DNA of 64,000 bases from Tubiluchus corallicola (Eukaryota; Animalia; Priapulida): contig JAQGDQ010000039.1 in the NCBI GenBank assembly GCA_030141605.1, positions 372,001 to 436,000 on the forward strand, in the 5' to 3' direction. Positions 45,991 to 59,600 of this stretch are shown here, piece after piece. The position numbers and the translations under genes were made by a program. The notes under the pieces are model-generated. The model had not been told where the DNA came from. It made no database searches and worked only from the letters and a program-made list of their open reading frames with translations. Each line of letters opens with the position of its first letter. Position 1 is the first letter of the stretch.

Positions 45991-47379
45991 TATTATTATT
46001 ACGTAATTTTTGACAATCATTAAAATATAAGCCTAATTGGTTACTTTACTAAAGTATAATATTTTAAATGTGTAACATTTTGTTACTGCACACTTTACAC
46101 GAACATTAATTACCCTTACGTAAAGATACCATTATAATTATAAATTAATGCCGAATTTAAAGAAAAGTTGAATGATCATCCTTTCCGTCTAGAATCTGCA
46201 TAAGCACTTTCTTCACAACAGTTGTGTGCCAACCAGCGAATTGGACGATAAAAGCAGAAGGCGTAGGTTCGCAATCCCAGTTGGGGTGCAGAGATTTCGT
46301 ACTGAATCCAAGATATTAACGGTTGGTGAGGATAAAAATAATAGTTAAAAACACACCAAATAGTTCAATTGTAATTTCACCAAGGAGAAATCAACGTAGA
46401 GAGTTATATAGGCCTGTCTCATCCAGACAGAAAAAAGAGCGCAAGGAATACACCTAACCGAATGCCCTTTTTGTTTTTATTTCTGTCCTTCGCTATCCTT
46501 GTGCACAAAACCTGGGATACGCATGATAAAAATTAACAATCGCGCAATGATTTTGCGGTCTCAATATCGCCTGCAGACATGCAGTAATTATTGCCAACAC
46601 CCACGTTTGACAATGATATTGCACGTGTGTATGTCTCTTATTTTGGCTGACTGGTAATGGCATGTGCTTGGCGATTGAAGTCAAGAATGGCGCAGAGGCT
46701 GATCAGTTAATGGATGGATGGATGAACAATTTTCATTCTCCCTCCGTCAAGGCAATTTCATTTTCCATGCTGATTCTCGCTGTTTGCCTCGTAGAGAAAG
46801 AATCTGAATGTGATTAAGACACCTCTATCAGTTCAGATTCTTGTTGAAGTGGTTTTGTCTTGATAATGAGCGAGTTTCCAGTCTCGCCACTACTATAAAA
46901 TCTGAGTACGACCTGGTAATGAAAACTGGATTCTAACTTGCAGGATTCTGAACTGTACAAAAAACCAATTGAATATTTTAAATAGCCATTGTTGTAGCTT
47001 TTTATTAATTTATTTATTTATCATTTATTTAAAACTTTTGCAGACGTCATATTTTACAGAAATGACGTGTAGCCCCGTTTGGGTACATTTTCCTGTGACG
47101 CCATAAACACCTCTTAGCAACAACTTCTTAGTTACCATCCGAGGACAGGGACACGGATTTGATCTGCAAATCTATTGGTGGAGGTTTGTTATTTTATTTA
47201 AACTTCTCAGAAATTACGACAAAAATCATCAAGCTTTGCAAGACTGGCAGTTTTATTTACATTTCAGTTCTTCCTTGTTTCAGAAAGGCAAGATGTCACA
47301 AAGACACTGCCAACGACCCAGAACTTGGAGGATCTGCAAAGATAAGGACGCCAGTAGCAACCCAAGATTCTGAAGGAAC

Positions 47380-47625
47380 TGCAAGGGTAGGTACTTGAAC
47401 AGCAACTGAGTAGGTGAACACTTTTGTGTTGTTCATTTCGAATTTTCGCGCAAGAGGTTTTAGCACCCCTCCCCGGGTAAAATCTGTCTGTGCACTTATG
47501 GCTGGGGACCCTAGTTTCATCTTGCACAGTTGCACCAGCACATTTTTCCTCTCGGTGGTCCTGTCCAGAATTCTTGAGAATTCTGGAAAAGCAAACGGGT
47601 AAATCTTGTACAACTACAGTTACAG
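47380..47625 (-). mobile_element. Possible decayed THAP-domain fragment of a DNA transposon
   Basis: Across frameshifts reads PVCFSRI.KN...R..W...VPS...DF...VPTL, reminiscent of the THAP FP..R..W..HF..AVPT pattern. Weak. Confidence 0.3.
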
Positions 47626-48894
47626 TAAGAAAATATTGTAACTATAGCTGATGAAACCAGCATCGAACAACTACACGAAATCACGTAATACGATCACAAT
47701 GTTCGGCGTGCGACTAAGATAAACTCCGCCAGAAACCAAAAATTGTCTGAATGAAGCCAAAAGGAATAATTTGCGAAACTCTTCAGAAAAATGGAAAGGT
47801 CTTCCCTAAGTAACGCGAGTTAAATGAAAGAGACAGCAAGCATTTAGCAGAAAGAGCGAAAACGCGTGTTAATTATATTATAGTATATATTATATTAGTT
47901 ATAGTATATTATATTAGTTTATTTATACTGTACTTGAATATGTGACATATATTTGTAAGTATCATTAGTTAACATCGTGGTGCTTTCTATTCATTGCAAA
48001 TATGAAATAGGCCCATAACTTTGGGCTTCACGAAGTAGTTTTCATATTATTGAGATGCAGCATTATAACCAACAGCAACAACGACAATGACAACGACTAC
48101 AACACCAACAATAATTATAGCATAAAAAGTAGTTTTTTGTAATTCGGAAAGTACATGTATAAATAATATTAATTTCGGTGATATCGGCTTACTATAAATA
48201 ATATTACTGAAGTGCAATATAATGAAAAGTGAGTGTTTACAGCACACGGTCGTTTACTGTACAGTGCTACCAAGGCATAAAAAACTGCCATTTTCAACAA
48301 ATGGTTGTGGCAGACCTGGACACTTAATTCATTCTGAAGGCTAATTATCTGTGATGAGAGCTTGAATCTAAATACATAGGCCTACTTTTACATCTTAGGA
48401 CACTGTAGAAGCCATAGTCCAGCATTTAACGAGAGGGTCATTAATGTTAGTCGATATAGCTAATCACTGTTCGTACAGCTCTATTCTTATGAGTGTTACA
48501 AAATATTTTCGAGACTCTTGCACTACCAAATAATACCAAAGTCTTCGGTTTCTTTTTTTTCTAGATTTTTGGACTTGTTTTTGGTTTCATGCTTTCTTTT
48601 AGTTCAAAGTTTGTACGTTAAGGCTAAATCCTTCGTGGACAAAACAAACTTCCAAATGTCATATTTTCTACGTTAAAAGTTTTAAAACCGTTTTTATGAT
48701 ATGTTTGTTAATCCCAACGTTCACTTCAGAACTTTTAAATAAAAAAATGAATAAATTGGAGAAGTGTTATAATTCAAAATCAAACAATTACAAATTTATT
48801 ATCTAAATTGAAATATTGAAATATCTTATTGGTGATATATGGACGGCATAGTGGCCAAATGGGTTGCGAAAAGGGTTATCTGGCCATCTTCTTA

Positions 48895-49345
48895 AGATTA
48901 CTGAGTGTCTACTCAGCTTTAAGTATTTGAGCCATGGGTGGGGGTAAGAAGCTAAGAAAGGCAGTGAAGTGATGGCTAATCACTTGGCATGCTTGTGTGC
49001 CAGATTACGAATGTAGATGCTGCAATCATATCCCTACACCTTTAGGCACGGGACAACTTTGTCCAACTTCTTCTTCATTACAGATTTGGCGTGTGGGGGT
49101 GAGGACATTTTTGGTGACATCATAAACACTTCTTCTTGGGTCATAGCAACACATTACAAGCTTCTTAGCAATGTTGCAAGGCATTTTCGTTTGTAAAGCT
49201 GTTGTTGGTGATTCTACTTTTATGCTCAAACCCTCAAAAAAGTAAAAGGCAAAAGCCCTCAAGCTTTGCTTCAAACTAAGTAGGCTTACTTGGTTTCATT
49301 TCTTACTTAGGATCCAGATCCAGATCCAGGAAAAGCAGGAAATGC
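48895..49345. mobile_element. SINE-body relic (48895-49005, +) abutting an RTE LINE fragment (49026-49345, -)
   Basis: GTCTACTCAGCT...GGGGGTAAG...AAAGGCAGTG resembles Deu/Nin-type SINE cores; the minus strand gives N..LY.KMP and IAKKLVM, resembling an RTE C-terminus. Confidence 0.4.
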
Positions 49346-50984
49346 AACAAATCGCTAAGACACAGGATAGCAGGAAGTAGGAGGCTCAGTAAAGGTAAGT
49401 AGCCTACGCAAATCCGATCTACAGTACAAAGACGCAAGACTTACAGGTACACAATTATATTCTGCTTATTAAGCTGGGAATGAAAATATGGCTTTACCTT
49501 GATGAGACATTGTGTTGGTCCTTTTTAAATTTGTTGGAAGCTTCCGAAAAATTGTCAAAGTATTTTTTATCTTTCACAGTTTCAGTTAGTTAAATGTTTG
49601 TATCTTGTATCCATGAAAACTACATATGAATGTCCAAAACAGCAGTGGCGTTCCGTATGGATAAAGGAGGAGCCAAGTGTGAATTTCAGTGAGAAAATAC
49701 TTACACCCATACTTTGCGATATTTGTCCAGTACTGGACTTTTTTCCTATCTATATCGCATAACAATTCTAAAATTGAAATAAAACTGTACTTATGTAGAA
49801 AACGTCCCCTTTATACAAGAGACTTCTAGGATATTTAATTGACGAATTTAAATTTGACGAAGAAACATTAACTTGCGAAGGGTAAGAACGTCTCCTCTGA
49901 TATCCAAAATAAGCACCTGTTCTACCACTTGATCAGCTGCCCTGCAAAAATGAAAACACCAGGTATTTGGAAGGCGAAAACGAAAGGCGTCTGACACAGT
50001 AATTAATGAACAAACTGCAAGCACTTTATTGAAACCCACAAAAGCACACATAAGAAAGTTTAATTAATGAAACTTTCTTTTAACAAATTTTTAAATGAAA
50101 TTCACGTTTTCGACGTTTTCTGCTATTCACAAGTAGTTCCCTATCATTACGCCCACTACAAAAAAGAGGAAATACAATAGTTTTGCGCACAAACGAGAAG
50201 TGCCCTTGTTCTTTATGTTCCTCGCGAGTTAAAATGACTCAGTCAATTCCGATTACCTATTACTGATAGTATTTCATTTTTTTGTGTAGCATTCTGAGAT
50301 TCTGTAGGTTCTGAGATTTCTCTGTGATTTTTTAGTATCCACATTGATCATTTATATTGTTCTTTAATATTATTGGCGTCCTAAGTCATTCCTTCGATAC
50401 AGGATACTGATCCTTCAACACCTGATATCGTTCTGTTGGCATAGCAGGTTATTATGTTCCTTCAATAATGCCAATTCTACATGTCTGTTCACACAATTAG
50501 CTATTTTTTCAGTGGTACAGCTGCAGTTCATGAAAAAATCAGAAACTGAATTTTCTACAAGAATTTTCTACAACTTTATGAAACTGCAACATGAACCGTG
50601 AACGAAATGGTACTGGGATTTTAACATGCTTGCACGGTTGCTCTAGTCTGTTGAGTATTTTTGGCTATGTCCAGTTTATTGACAGTGAAATAAATAACTG
50701 AACTGCAGTACAATTGGCGTCTAACATAATGTCAAACATTTTCGTTGACTGCTTAATCAGCGTGCAAGTTAATTCACACCCCTGCAGAGCTTAATTAACT
50801 TTGTCCCTAGTGAGATTTATACATAATTAATTAGAGCTAATCATGATAATATCAAAATGTGATTGTTCCAAATATGATTATCACAGTAATATTGGTACAG
50901 ATCTGTATATTTATAGCATTAATCTGTTTTGCTTTACTGATAAGGTGCTTAGCTATGAGACGTCTAAAATAGGCTGGCTAATGT

Positions 50985-52559
50985 TATCTGACGTTTTCAA
51001 TGACGTCATAAACGTTTATTCGTCGCAGGCTTGGACGAAATAGCAACAGTTTCTTGGCTACGCCGTACAACACATTCAACAGACAGTTGAAGAACCCTAG
51101 CAGGAAGCTTGTGTTGTTGAAGTTCTGAAGTGTTTAAAAGAGACCATTGGGTAAGGTGTCCTGGAATTTTTTTCGCATTCTTTTACTGTACCGCACACGT
51201 CCTGAAATATATGATTCATTAACGTCCTATTAATGCTTGCTAGTAACGCTAGTTATGCCTGTTCACGTCCTTTTTGAAGCAAGTGATAGAGCAGTTAAGA
51301 AAGGCATAAATTTCTGGTAAAGAATTTTAAATACATAGTTGCAAACAAAAAATAGTTTTATCGGGAATTGTGTTGCATTTAAGTGTATTCAGGTAAACAC
51401 GACGAGCAAACTGATGAGATGTAGAAAGGCCCCGAAGAAACTTCTGATAACATCTTTTAGGTACCGACAAAATTTACTTAATGTAGTAACACCCCACCCC
51501 CAATAGATCCTCAATGACCAAGAAATGGCAGGATTTGTCCCAAGTTAAACATGACGGTCCTAGCCAGATTGATGATATGATTTTGTAATTTGTCAAGTAT
51601 GTTAAGGAAGGTAGTATGTTATGGCTCCAGTTCAGACGTGACTGATATATTCTATGCAAGGTCAAATGACTGATTTATAAAGTCGTAAAACAGTCTTGCT
51701 GGAAAATCAATAAGGACATTAAAACAAAGACAAAGTGTTTCATTGTTTACAAAGAACACACACAGTAGTAAATAGTAAATAAATGAACATACAATGTTGA
51801 AAACTGCTATTTAAAAAAAACTGTGTGATTAAGTTAGTTTACTTACAATGATTGAAGTCTGTAATCATAACCAATGAAAGACAAGTAGGCAAAAGTAGTT
51901 ATTTTGTAATACAGTATGTAAAAACAGATCAGTAAATTAACACAACTTTAGGTGAACAGTATGTAGAGCTGTAATGAAATTGCAATAGAAATTTTAAAAT
52001 ACTTTCATGCAGAAAGCTGCCGGATGACATTTTTCAGAGCTCATTTTTTAGAGTTCAGTCACCATCACTATGATCGTCAATTTAAACAGTTTAAACAGTT
52101 TTGTGAACGCTATTTCCCCGAAATTCACTTAAATATGCTGAACTTTAGAATATAGGCAAATACTTTGTAATATGCGACTTTAGGGGCGTCATAAGCACTC
52201 GTTCGTAAATCGGTAGAAATAGCGTCTTGGTTACTCGGCAAAGCCGAGTCTGCAAATAGGAGTAGCTTTTATTATAACAATTTTGGGAACATTTTCATGT
52301 AAACAAAGTGTAATTGCTTAAGTGTGCTGATAAATCAAAGTGTGGTTAAGTTTGCTGATATGTCATGACCAAAGCAATATTATCTTGAATTTTATAGTTA
52401 CTCATCTATTTTATTTCAGTAATTTCAAGAATAAATGCACTGCAAGAATGTTGATACTTGATAAGGAATAAGGAATTCTGGAATGATCATGTCAGTAGTT
52501 GAACAGTGGAAAAGGTTATAAGATGTCACGAGTTGAACATGAAGATCATCGATCGGGGT
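50985..52559 (+). promoter_or_regulatory. Candidate MIB2 promoter and two non-coding 5' exons (about 51020-51150 and 52420-52557)
   Basis: Perfect CRE TGACGTCA at 51001 in a CpG-richer patch; donors TGG|GTAAGG at 51151 and GGG|GTAAGT at 52558; acceptor TTTTATTTCAG at 52419. Confidence 0.45.
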
Positions 52560-52747
52560 AAGTGTACATAAAATTTAAAAATTGTATAATTAAAATTCTG
52601 CAACATAGCCGATTCTTCTTGATTTATTTTCGGATTTCTGTTACGATTCTGCTACATTACAGAATCTTGCAATAATCTGCTGATTATTGTTTATCTTTGC
52701 TACCTGTATTCTTGTGCCTTTTTGTTCTTTGCGTGTGCCCCACAGAT

Positions 52748-52788
52748 TAGCAGCAGCAGCAACAGCAGTAGCAGCAACAGCAACAACA

Positions 52789-52819
<31 letters not shown>

Positions 52820-52896
52820 TAGCAACAGTAACAGCAATAGCAGCAGCAACAGCAACAGCAGCACAGCAGCAGCAACAGCGGCAACAGCAGCAGCAG
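52748..52896. repeat. (CAG/CAA)n trinucleotide microsatellite, probably intronic
   Basis: Seen directly. Confidence 0.95.
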
Positions 52897-53288
52897 AAAG
52901 AATGGACTTGAAAAATAACTGAAAATAACAGGCACTCTCCAGAAGAACTTTTTCAGTGAAAATGTTTTGCCTGACAGAAAAATTTCACAGAAATCTTTTT
53001 GAGAGAAGAACTTTTCAGAAAAAAATCTTTCCAGTAAACATTTTTCTCCAGAATTGCCATTTCACAGAACTTTTTCCCTAGCACAGAGCTGGTCACGCAC
53101 CTAACAGGGTCTCCTCCCCCGGCAAGGGAAACTAAATTTATATATGACCCAGTAGCCTTGGGTTAAAATTCATGGAGTGGGCATGTCTTCATTTTTAGGC
53201 AGTATGTCCTACTTTTTGAGCCAAATCCACAATTTGTGACATTTAATTAAATGGGGTCGACTTACTGTGTATGGCTGAATATGAGCTA

Positions 53289-53324
53289 CCACTGTTTTTG
53301 ACACAGTCAAAAACGTCAACTAGT
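53289..53324 (+). mobile_element. Helitron-like 3' terminus
   Basis: Perfect 9-bp hairpin GTTTTTGAC-ACA-GTCAAAAAC, then GTCAA-CTAG|T. Confidence 0.55.
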
Positions 53325-53390
53325 CTATACCTTAAATAGTTGACACAAAATAACTACTGATCTTGCATCTGACCTATATCTGCTATATCT

Positions 53391-54646
53391 TATCATACAT
53401 ATACACATCATGGTAGTGACCATTTATCGTTCCACCACGTCGTGCCATGATTAGATTGTTGCACCTGAGTTAGTACATTGTATATTATATAGCACAATCG
53501 ACTTAGCAACTTTTTGTGAGTAATGCTTTTTTAACACCAGCTTCATTCTAGTTTTGTAGTTAGACTACAAATGCAAGTAAGCAATGTTATATTGTTTTTT
53601 TTTGAGAAATTCATTAATCAATTATTTAATCTGTTCATTAGATAATGTTTTTTTATTAATTTTAATTAAGTTAGTTAGATGGAACTCTAGTGCAGCCGCC
53701 TCCTCGTGGCGAGTTCTGGGATGATTTGGCATATAACATGAACACTGACGATAATGATGATGATATTGTTGGGCAAAATGCATGGAAATGTACAACTTTG
53801 CAATAATTACTTATCATAGTCAGGTAGTTGGTAACGTAAGGGCCAAAACCACATATTCAAAAATTGCCAAATCATGCAAAGAGCTGCACAACACATATGA
53901 GTTCACAGAAAGGAAACTGAATGAAAGAAATTTAAACTGTTATGTAGGTTAATTAATGCTTGGAAGGAGAATGGGGCCCTTGGTCAAACTCTTTACTTAC
54001 TAAGAGGAGGCAAGTAAGCTCTAATATATTTAGTTTTACTTAAAATACTTGCTATATCATATGACTCATATTCACATCATGGTAGTGACCATTTATCGTT
54101 CCACCATGTCGTGCCATGATTAGATTGTTGCACCTAACTTAATACAATGTATACTTTATCTAAATATGTTTAGGTTTACCTCTATCTGAAATATATTATC
54201 ATACATATACACATCATGGTAGTGACCATTTATCGTTCCACCACGTCGTGCCATGATTAGATTATTGCACATAAGTTAGTACATTGTATATTATATAGCA
54301 TGATCGACTTAACAACTTTTTGTGAGTATTGCTTCTTTAACACCAGCTTCATTCTGGTTTTGTAGTTAGACTTCAACTGCAAGTGGGCAATGTTATATTG
54401 ATTTTTTTTGAGAAATTTATTACTCAATATTTAATCTATTCATTAGATAATGTTTTTTTATTAATTTTAATTAAGTTAGTTAGATGGAACTGTAGTGCAG
54501 CTGCCTCCTCGTGGCGAGTTCTGGGATGATTTGGCATATAACTTGAACACTGACGATAATGATGATGATATTGAATGCTGTTGATAATGAAGATGATATT
54601 GTTAGGAAAAATGCATAAAACATACAAGTTTGCGATAATTACTTAA
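53391..54646 (+). repeat. Local duplication: about 430-bp copies at 53391-53815 and 54197-54646, plus a partial third copy at 54073-54152
   Basis: CACATCATGGTAGTGACCATTTATCGTTCCACCAYGTCGTGCCATGATTAGATT occurs three times; the long copies are offset by 806 bp. Confidence 0.92.
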
Positions 54647-56631
54647 CAGTATGATAAGGTAAGGTAGGGTAGGTGAGATAAGATAAGGTACGGTAAGGTA
54701 AGTTCGAACCTAAAATTAAGGATTTGAATAATTCACCACTTCGATTACATGCGCTCTTTGTGGTTAAATGGTTTCGATTTTCGTGCACAATTTTCAAACA
54801 AATTATTAATGTTTTTACAACAAAACAAAATAAAGAAAATTAATACATTATCAAAAATAAATGCACATCTGTTTAATTTTGACCACAATTGCAAGCGAAC
54901 ATGGCAACACAATTGATCTTGTCACATACAGTTACATCATGAAAGCCCTTGAAGTTCTCTGCCTAATCACACAAGTTTTTTATCAGTTGTTTTCAAAAAA
55001 ATATAACGAGAAATTCAAACCCTGGTTGGTAGTTTTTTATGGCGATGCTTTCACGAGAATTCAAAACAGTGGGATAAATGCTTAAAACGTAAAGATGCCA
55101 TTGCCAAGAAAATAATAAAAATTATTCATTTGAATTTATAATGGGGTTCATCTGTGAATGTGACTCAGTAGCTTAGCTTGCTTCAGAGGCCTGTATCATT
55201 GACTACGTAAGTACACAGTAAATGATACAGGCATTGGCTCTGCCTGGAGCCATAGATATGCTTTGCTTTCTTGGCCAGAGAGCCAGTGAATGGTGACGAA
55301 TGGACGAATCAATCACTGACTGTCAGTCAGATTCGTCATCATCACATGAGCTTTTTAGGTGTACTGTATAAGCTGCAGTTTTTCTAGAAAATTTGTACAG
55401 ACTAGAGAGTAATGGAAGTTTGACAAATTCTGTTTGTTTGTCGCAATTATTTGTTTTTGTTCTTGCAATTGCCATCATAGGCGCAAAGTTTCACTAAGGT
55501 ATATGTTTACATTCGAATTACACGTACGTAGTCTAAATTGCATACTGCTAACCACTATTTATAATTTAAGTACGTAATTCGCACTTCACACGGAATCGTC
55601 TCCTAGGGTTTGTACTCTGGGACCGGTGATGATGTGAGTAGATTACATAACATAACATAATCTTTTATGTATCTTGCAATGCAGACAGTTATAATTAATA
55701 CTAATAGAAAATTAGGAAAAAACCCTTGGTGAAAAAAGTGCAGCAGACTCACTTTCATGGGCGTATTTACCAATATGTTAACTAGACTGAGGGCCCAGTC
55801 TTAAAATTTCTTATTTTCTTCAGGAAATGCGGATGTTTTCATGTTCCTGTAAAGCGCATATTTCATAATATATCACAAGGAGTTACAGAAGATGCTTAGT
55901 TTATTTATTTACACTTCGTAAAAACAAAATTTATGTACAGTAAAAGTGCTGGGACTACCAATACAGATGGCATAATAATGTCTATTTTGTGAAATTTGAA
56001 TACTAATTCGGATAGAAACATAAGAGAATATTGTGCCTATCAGATTTTCAAAAAATTAATTACACTATTTCAAAACCTGTTTATGCTTTCCTGTAAGTGA
56101 CACATAATAAACAAGTACAAACCCGCTTTTACATAACCATTACATATAAACATGTACAATTGCTTCATAAACAATCACAAGCAGTTTGCTTAAGCATAAG
56201 TGCTATGTGAAATTGTATATAATTTACAATATACACGTAGATAACAGTGCTAAATACTAGTACACCAGAAGCAAATGAATATTGGGCTTCAAATATAAGA
56301 ACCGTAAATCCATCAGAGAGATGGATGGGACTGAACTATTAGTGTAGAGTGTCATAATATCTTGATATGCCCCTGCTTACCTTTGAGTCTGGAAATTAGC
56401 CGCCAACCTCATTTTAGTATATCACAAAAAGAAAGTGAGTTTTTAACAAAAAGTCATATTTGCGACAGCTTTATTGGTTAGACTACAATAGTGTACAAGT
56501 AGGCCTATTTTGATGTCACCACACTGCTTATGCTTAAAATGTTCTTTTTCATCTTTATGTGTAGTGAAGTGCAGACTGAGATCAACTAAAGCAAATAAGT
56601 TTATGAGCGGCCTGACGCCAGAAGTATATTG

Positions 56632-59600
56632 ATGGAAGTTGGAATTCGTGTTGTTCGGGGACCCGACTGGAAGTGGGGTAATCAGGATGACGGAGAAGGG
56701 CACGTAGGAACCGTTGTTGAAATTGGTCAGCTCGGTAGCACGACAACGCCAGACAGAACGGTTGTTGTACAGTGGGATTCTGGTTCTAGGACAAACTATC
56801 GAGTGGGCTATCAAGGCGCATATGACTTGCGCATCTTCGATAATGCTGCTATAGGTGAGTGAAATGAGATGTTCACACATAATGTGCCAGTATATTGAGA
56901 CTTTCATGCCGTGATGTGTCGGTACAATGAACCGTTTACCCCATTATTTATTTCAATAGGCCTGCAACAATATGTCAATGCATAGTGGTATCTTTTGCTA
57001 CAATGCGCACATAGTCAAAGTGCATCTGTAAAGTGGCATTTACGTAGCATCTGGATGCATGTGCATTTTTGGAGGTGCAGAATAGATAAAATCAGTTTAT
57101 ATTGTTTTCAATGCACCGTTTTATGCAGCCTGTGTATGCATTATTATTCTTCTGTAGCTATTCCTATTGATTTTTTTCACATGGCTATTCTGCAGGTGGA
57201 AATGCATACACATCCGGATGTTATGTAAATGCCACTTTACATGATAATCTAAGTCTTTGTAACACATACCTGATTGTCTGTTGACAAAAACAATGTGAAA
57301 ACAATGCAGAATTACAATTACAGCACCTGTAAAATGTAGTGTAGTTACGTAACAATTAAGAAAGTAATTTGTTTTTTAGTGAATTTTGGAATACATAAAA
57401 CACGAGTTCACATAGGAACTATTATCACCGACTAAAATTACAGTAATTATTATTAAAACTAATAAATCTAATATTTGCAGAAGCACAGGTATATAAGCTT
57501 ATTTACAAATTCGAAAACAGATATAAAAGTGCAAGTTCCAGTCAGTACAGTGAGCGTAGTTTAATTTCATAACTGACTTGACACATTTGCAGAGTGCAGC
57601 AACCAAAGGCACATCCTCTTATAATACTGTATATCTATAGTATGCTATTTTATGTTTTTGCATTTATAGACTTGTCAAATTGTTAGCAGCAAATGCAGCA
57701 GCATTTTTTTAAATCTAAATTATGAAAATATTTTGCTTTTCCAGCAACATATATATCAGATTTTATTATTAAAGTTTATGAAATAAACATTACACATATA
57801 ACTTTTATAAAAAGTTACCAACAGCACAACTTTAGCATATTATACCGATACCGATAACTACATCTAGTATTTCGTTCTGTGAAAAGAGCAAAGGGTAAAC
57901 TTAGCTGTAATGTGATTGTGTTGTACATTTTGACTAAAGCGTATCATTACCACCCTAATGATGGGTCTGTGCATTGAGATATTCAATCATGATGTGAAAT
58001 ATGTAATTAGTACCATTTTGGTGGTCAGTTGTTAATTTCTTTTTTTGCACTTCACTTTTTCTTGTGCTTTTTTTAAATTGTTATCGAAGTCTTAAAACAT
58101 GAAAATGTTTTTGAGCTAGATGTATGCCTGAGAATTTTTACCAACTACAATCGTACATACCACTTATTTGCTGTTTAATTAGTTAATTAATATTATTGAC
58201 CACAGGATAGCAGGTCCAACAATAGCATAACTAAACAATAATGATTGTTATTTACGCAATTATTATCCCTCTAAAGCCTCGTATTAGCTTACATTAATAA
58301 TTATTAAATGCAATATTGAAGACGAATGTTCTTTGTTTTAAAGCTAGTTTGCAACATTAAGAAGTGTAGTCCAATAGTCAATACTGCAATTTTTTCGGTT
58401 ATTCTCTGTACATATTGTTACTAATATTTTGTAGTAATTATGAAATTTATACTAAATCAGCAATTAAAACATGATGCAAAATGTGTATTCGGTTTACATC
58501 AATATGTTACAATATAAAGTTATAATTTTTATATCTTTCCTGTGATAAATGGAGACAATAAGTAAATTATCAATGATGGACTTTTAGGTGTTGTACTGTG
58601 ATTAGCTAGCATGGTTAAACTAATTTAAATTAATTGTTTATTTATAATCACCAATTAACCTAAATGTTAAATAATTGGAAAAAGAAGGCACTGAAAAATT
58701 GTGCTCAAGACAACCAGGATTTGAACCCAGACCTTCTGGTATCAGGTCATACGCTCTGCCGTTTGAACTGTCAACTTCACATAGCAGAGTTGACAGATCT
58801 GACAGAACTTATAAATAAATTATCTTTTACTTATTTACCACCAAACATTTCTATCGAAATGAGCACAGTGTACGTATCATATCTATGTACTTTCATATCC
58901 ATAAAATTAATTTACCCGTAAATGTTAATCACAAGGAGCCACATGTAATAACATGCTGAATTTATTGCATTTTCTGTACGTTTCGTGTACATACTGTAAG
59001 CATAGTTGCTGGTGAAAAGTACCTACGAATTAAATTAATAATTTTGTTTGAAACATTTGATCTCCAGTTTTATTTCTTATTTTAAATTGTAGATACCCTT
59101 CACCCATGAGGATGTGTATAGTATATACAAGTAAAGTCTGGAAACTACAATGAATTCAGCATGCTATTATTTCTGGCTGTCTTGGTTTTGCTAATTGTGA
59201 TCACATTTAGTTTCCCTAAGAATGAATCAATTTTATATGTTAATCAGTTTTCTCCCGTATAACTCAGCATTTGCAAACCAGTTGAAATTATTACAGTTTT
59301 AAGGTGGAAGTAACATTGGAGGAAAAGACCTAGTATGGCATGTAAGGAAATAGTATTATAGAAATATTTCTTTTACACCGTGGTCAGAACTCGTTTTATT
59401 ACTGCCAGTATAGATGCCGAAAACTAGTCATGAAATTGCTGCTTTGAACTAGATATTTAGACTAGTAAGTTTCTTATGAATTCACACGAAAATTTATCGC
59501 AACAATACAGGCATAAAATTGCTCACATGAATGAAATAAATCCCAAATAATATGGAAGATGTTGCTTGTAGGTATAATTATCACTGTGGGCCTAATTTTT

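Noticed and set aside
51411-51452. Hammerhead ribozyme (CTGATGA...GAAA)
   Set aside because: No stem II or stem I complementarity.
52687-52935. Poly-Ala/Gln/Ser/Cys ORFs as a MIB2 N-terminal exon
   Set aside because: CAG/CAA microsatellite; no splice path into the MIB2 frame, which is closed upstream of 56632.
58705-58772. Functional tRNA gene
   Set aside because: A/B-box-like motifs only; acceptor and anticodon stems do not pair, consistent with a SINE head.
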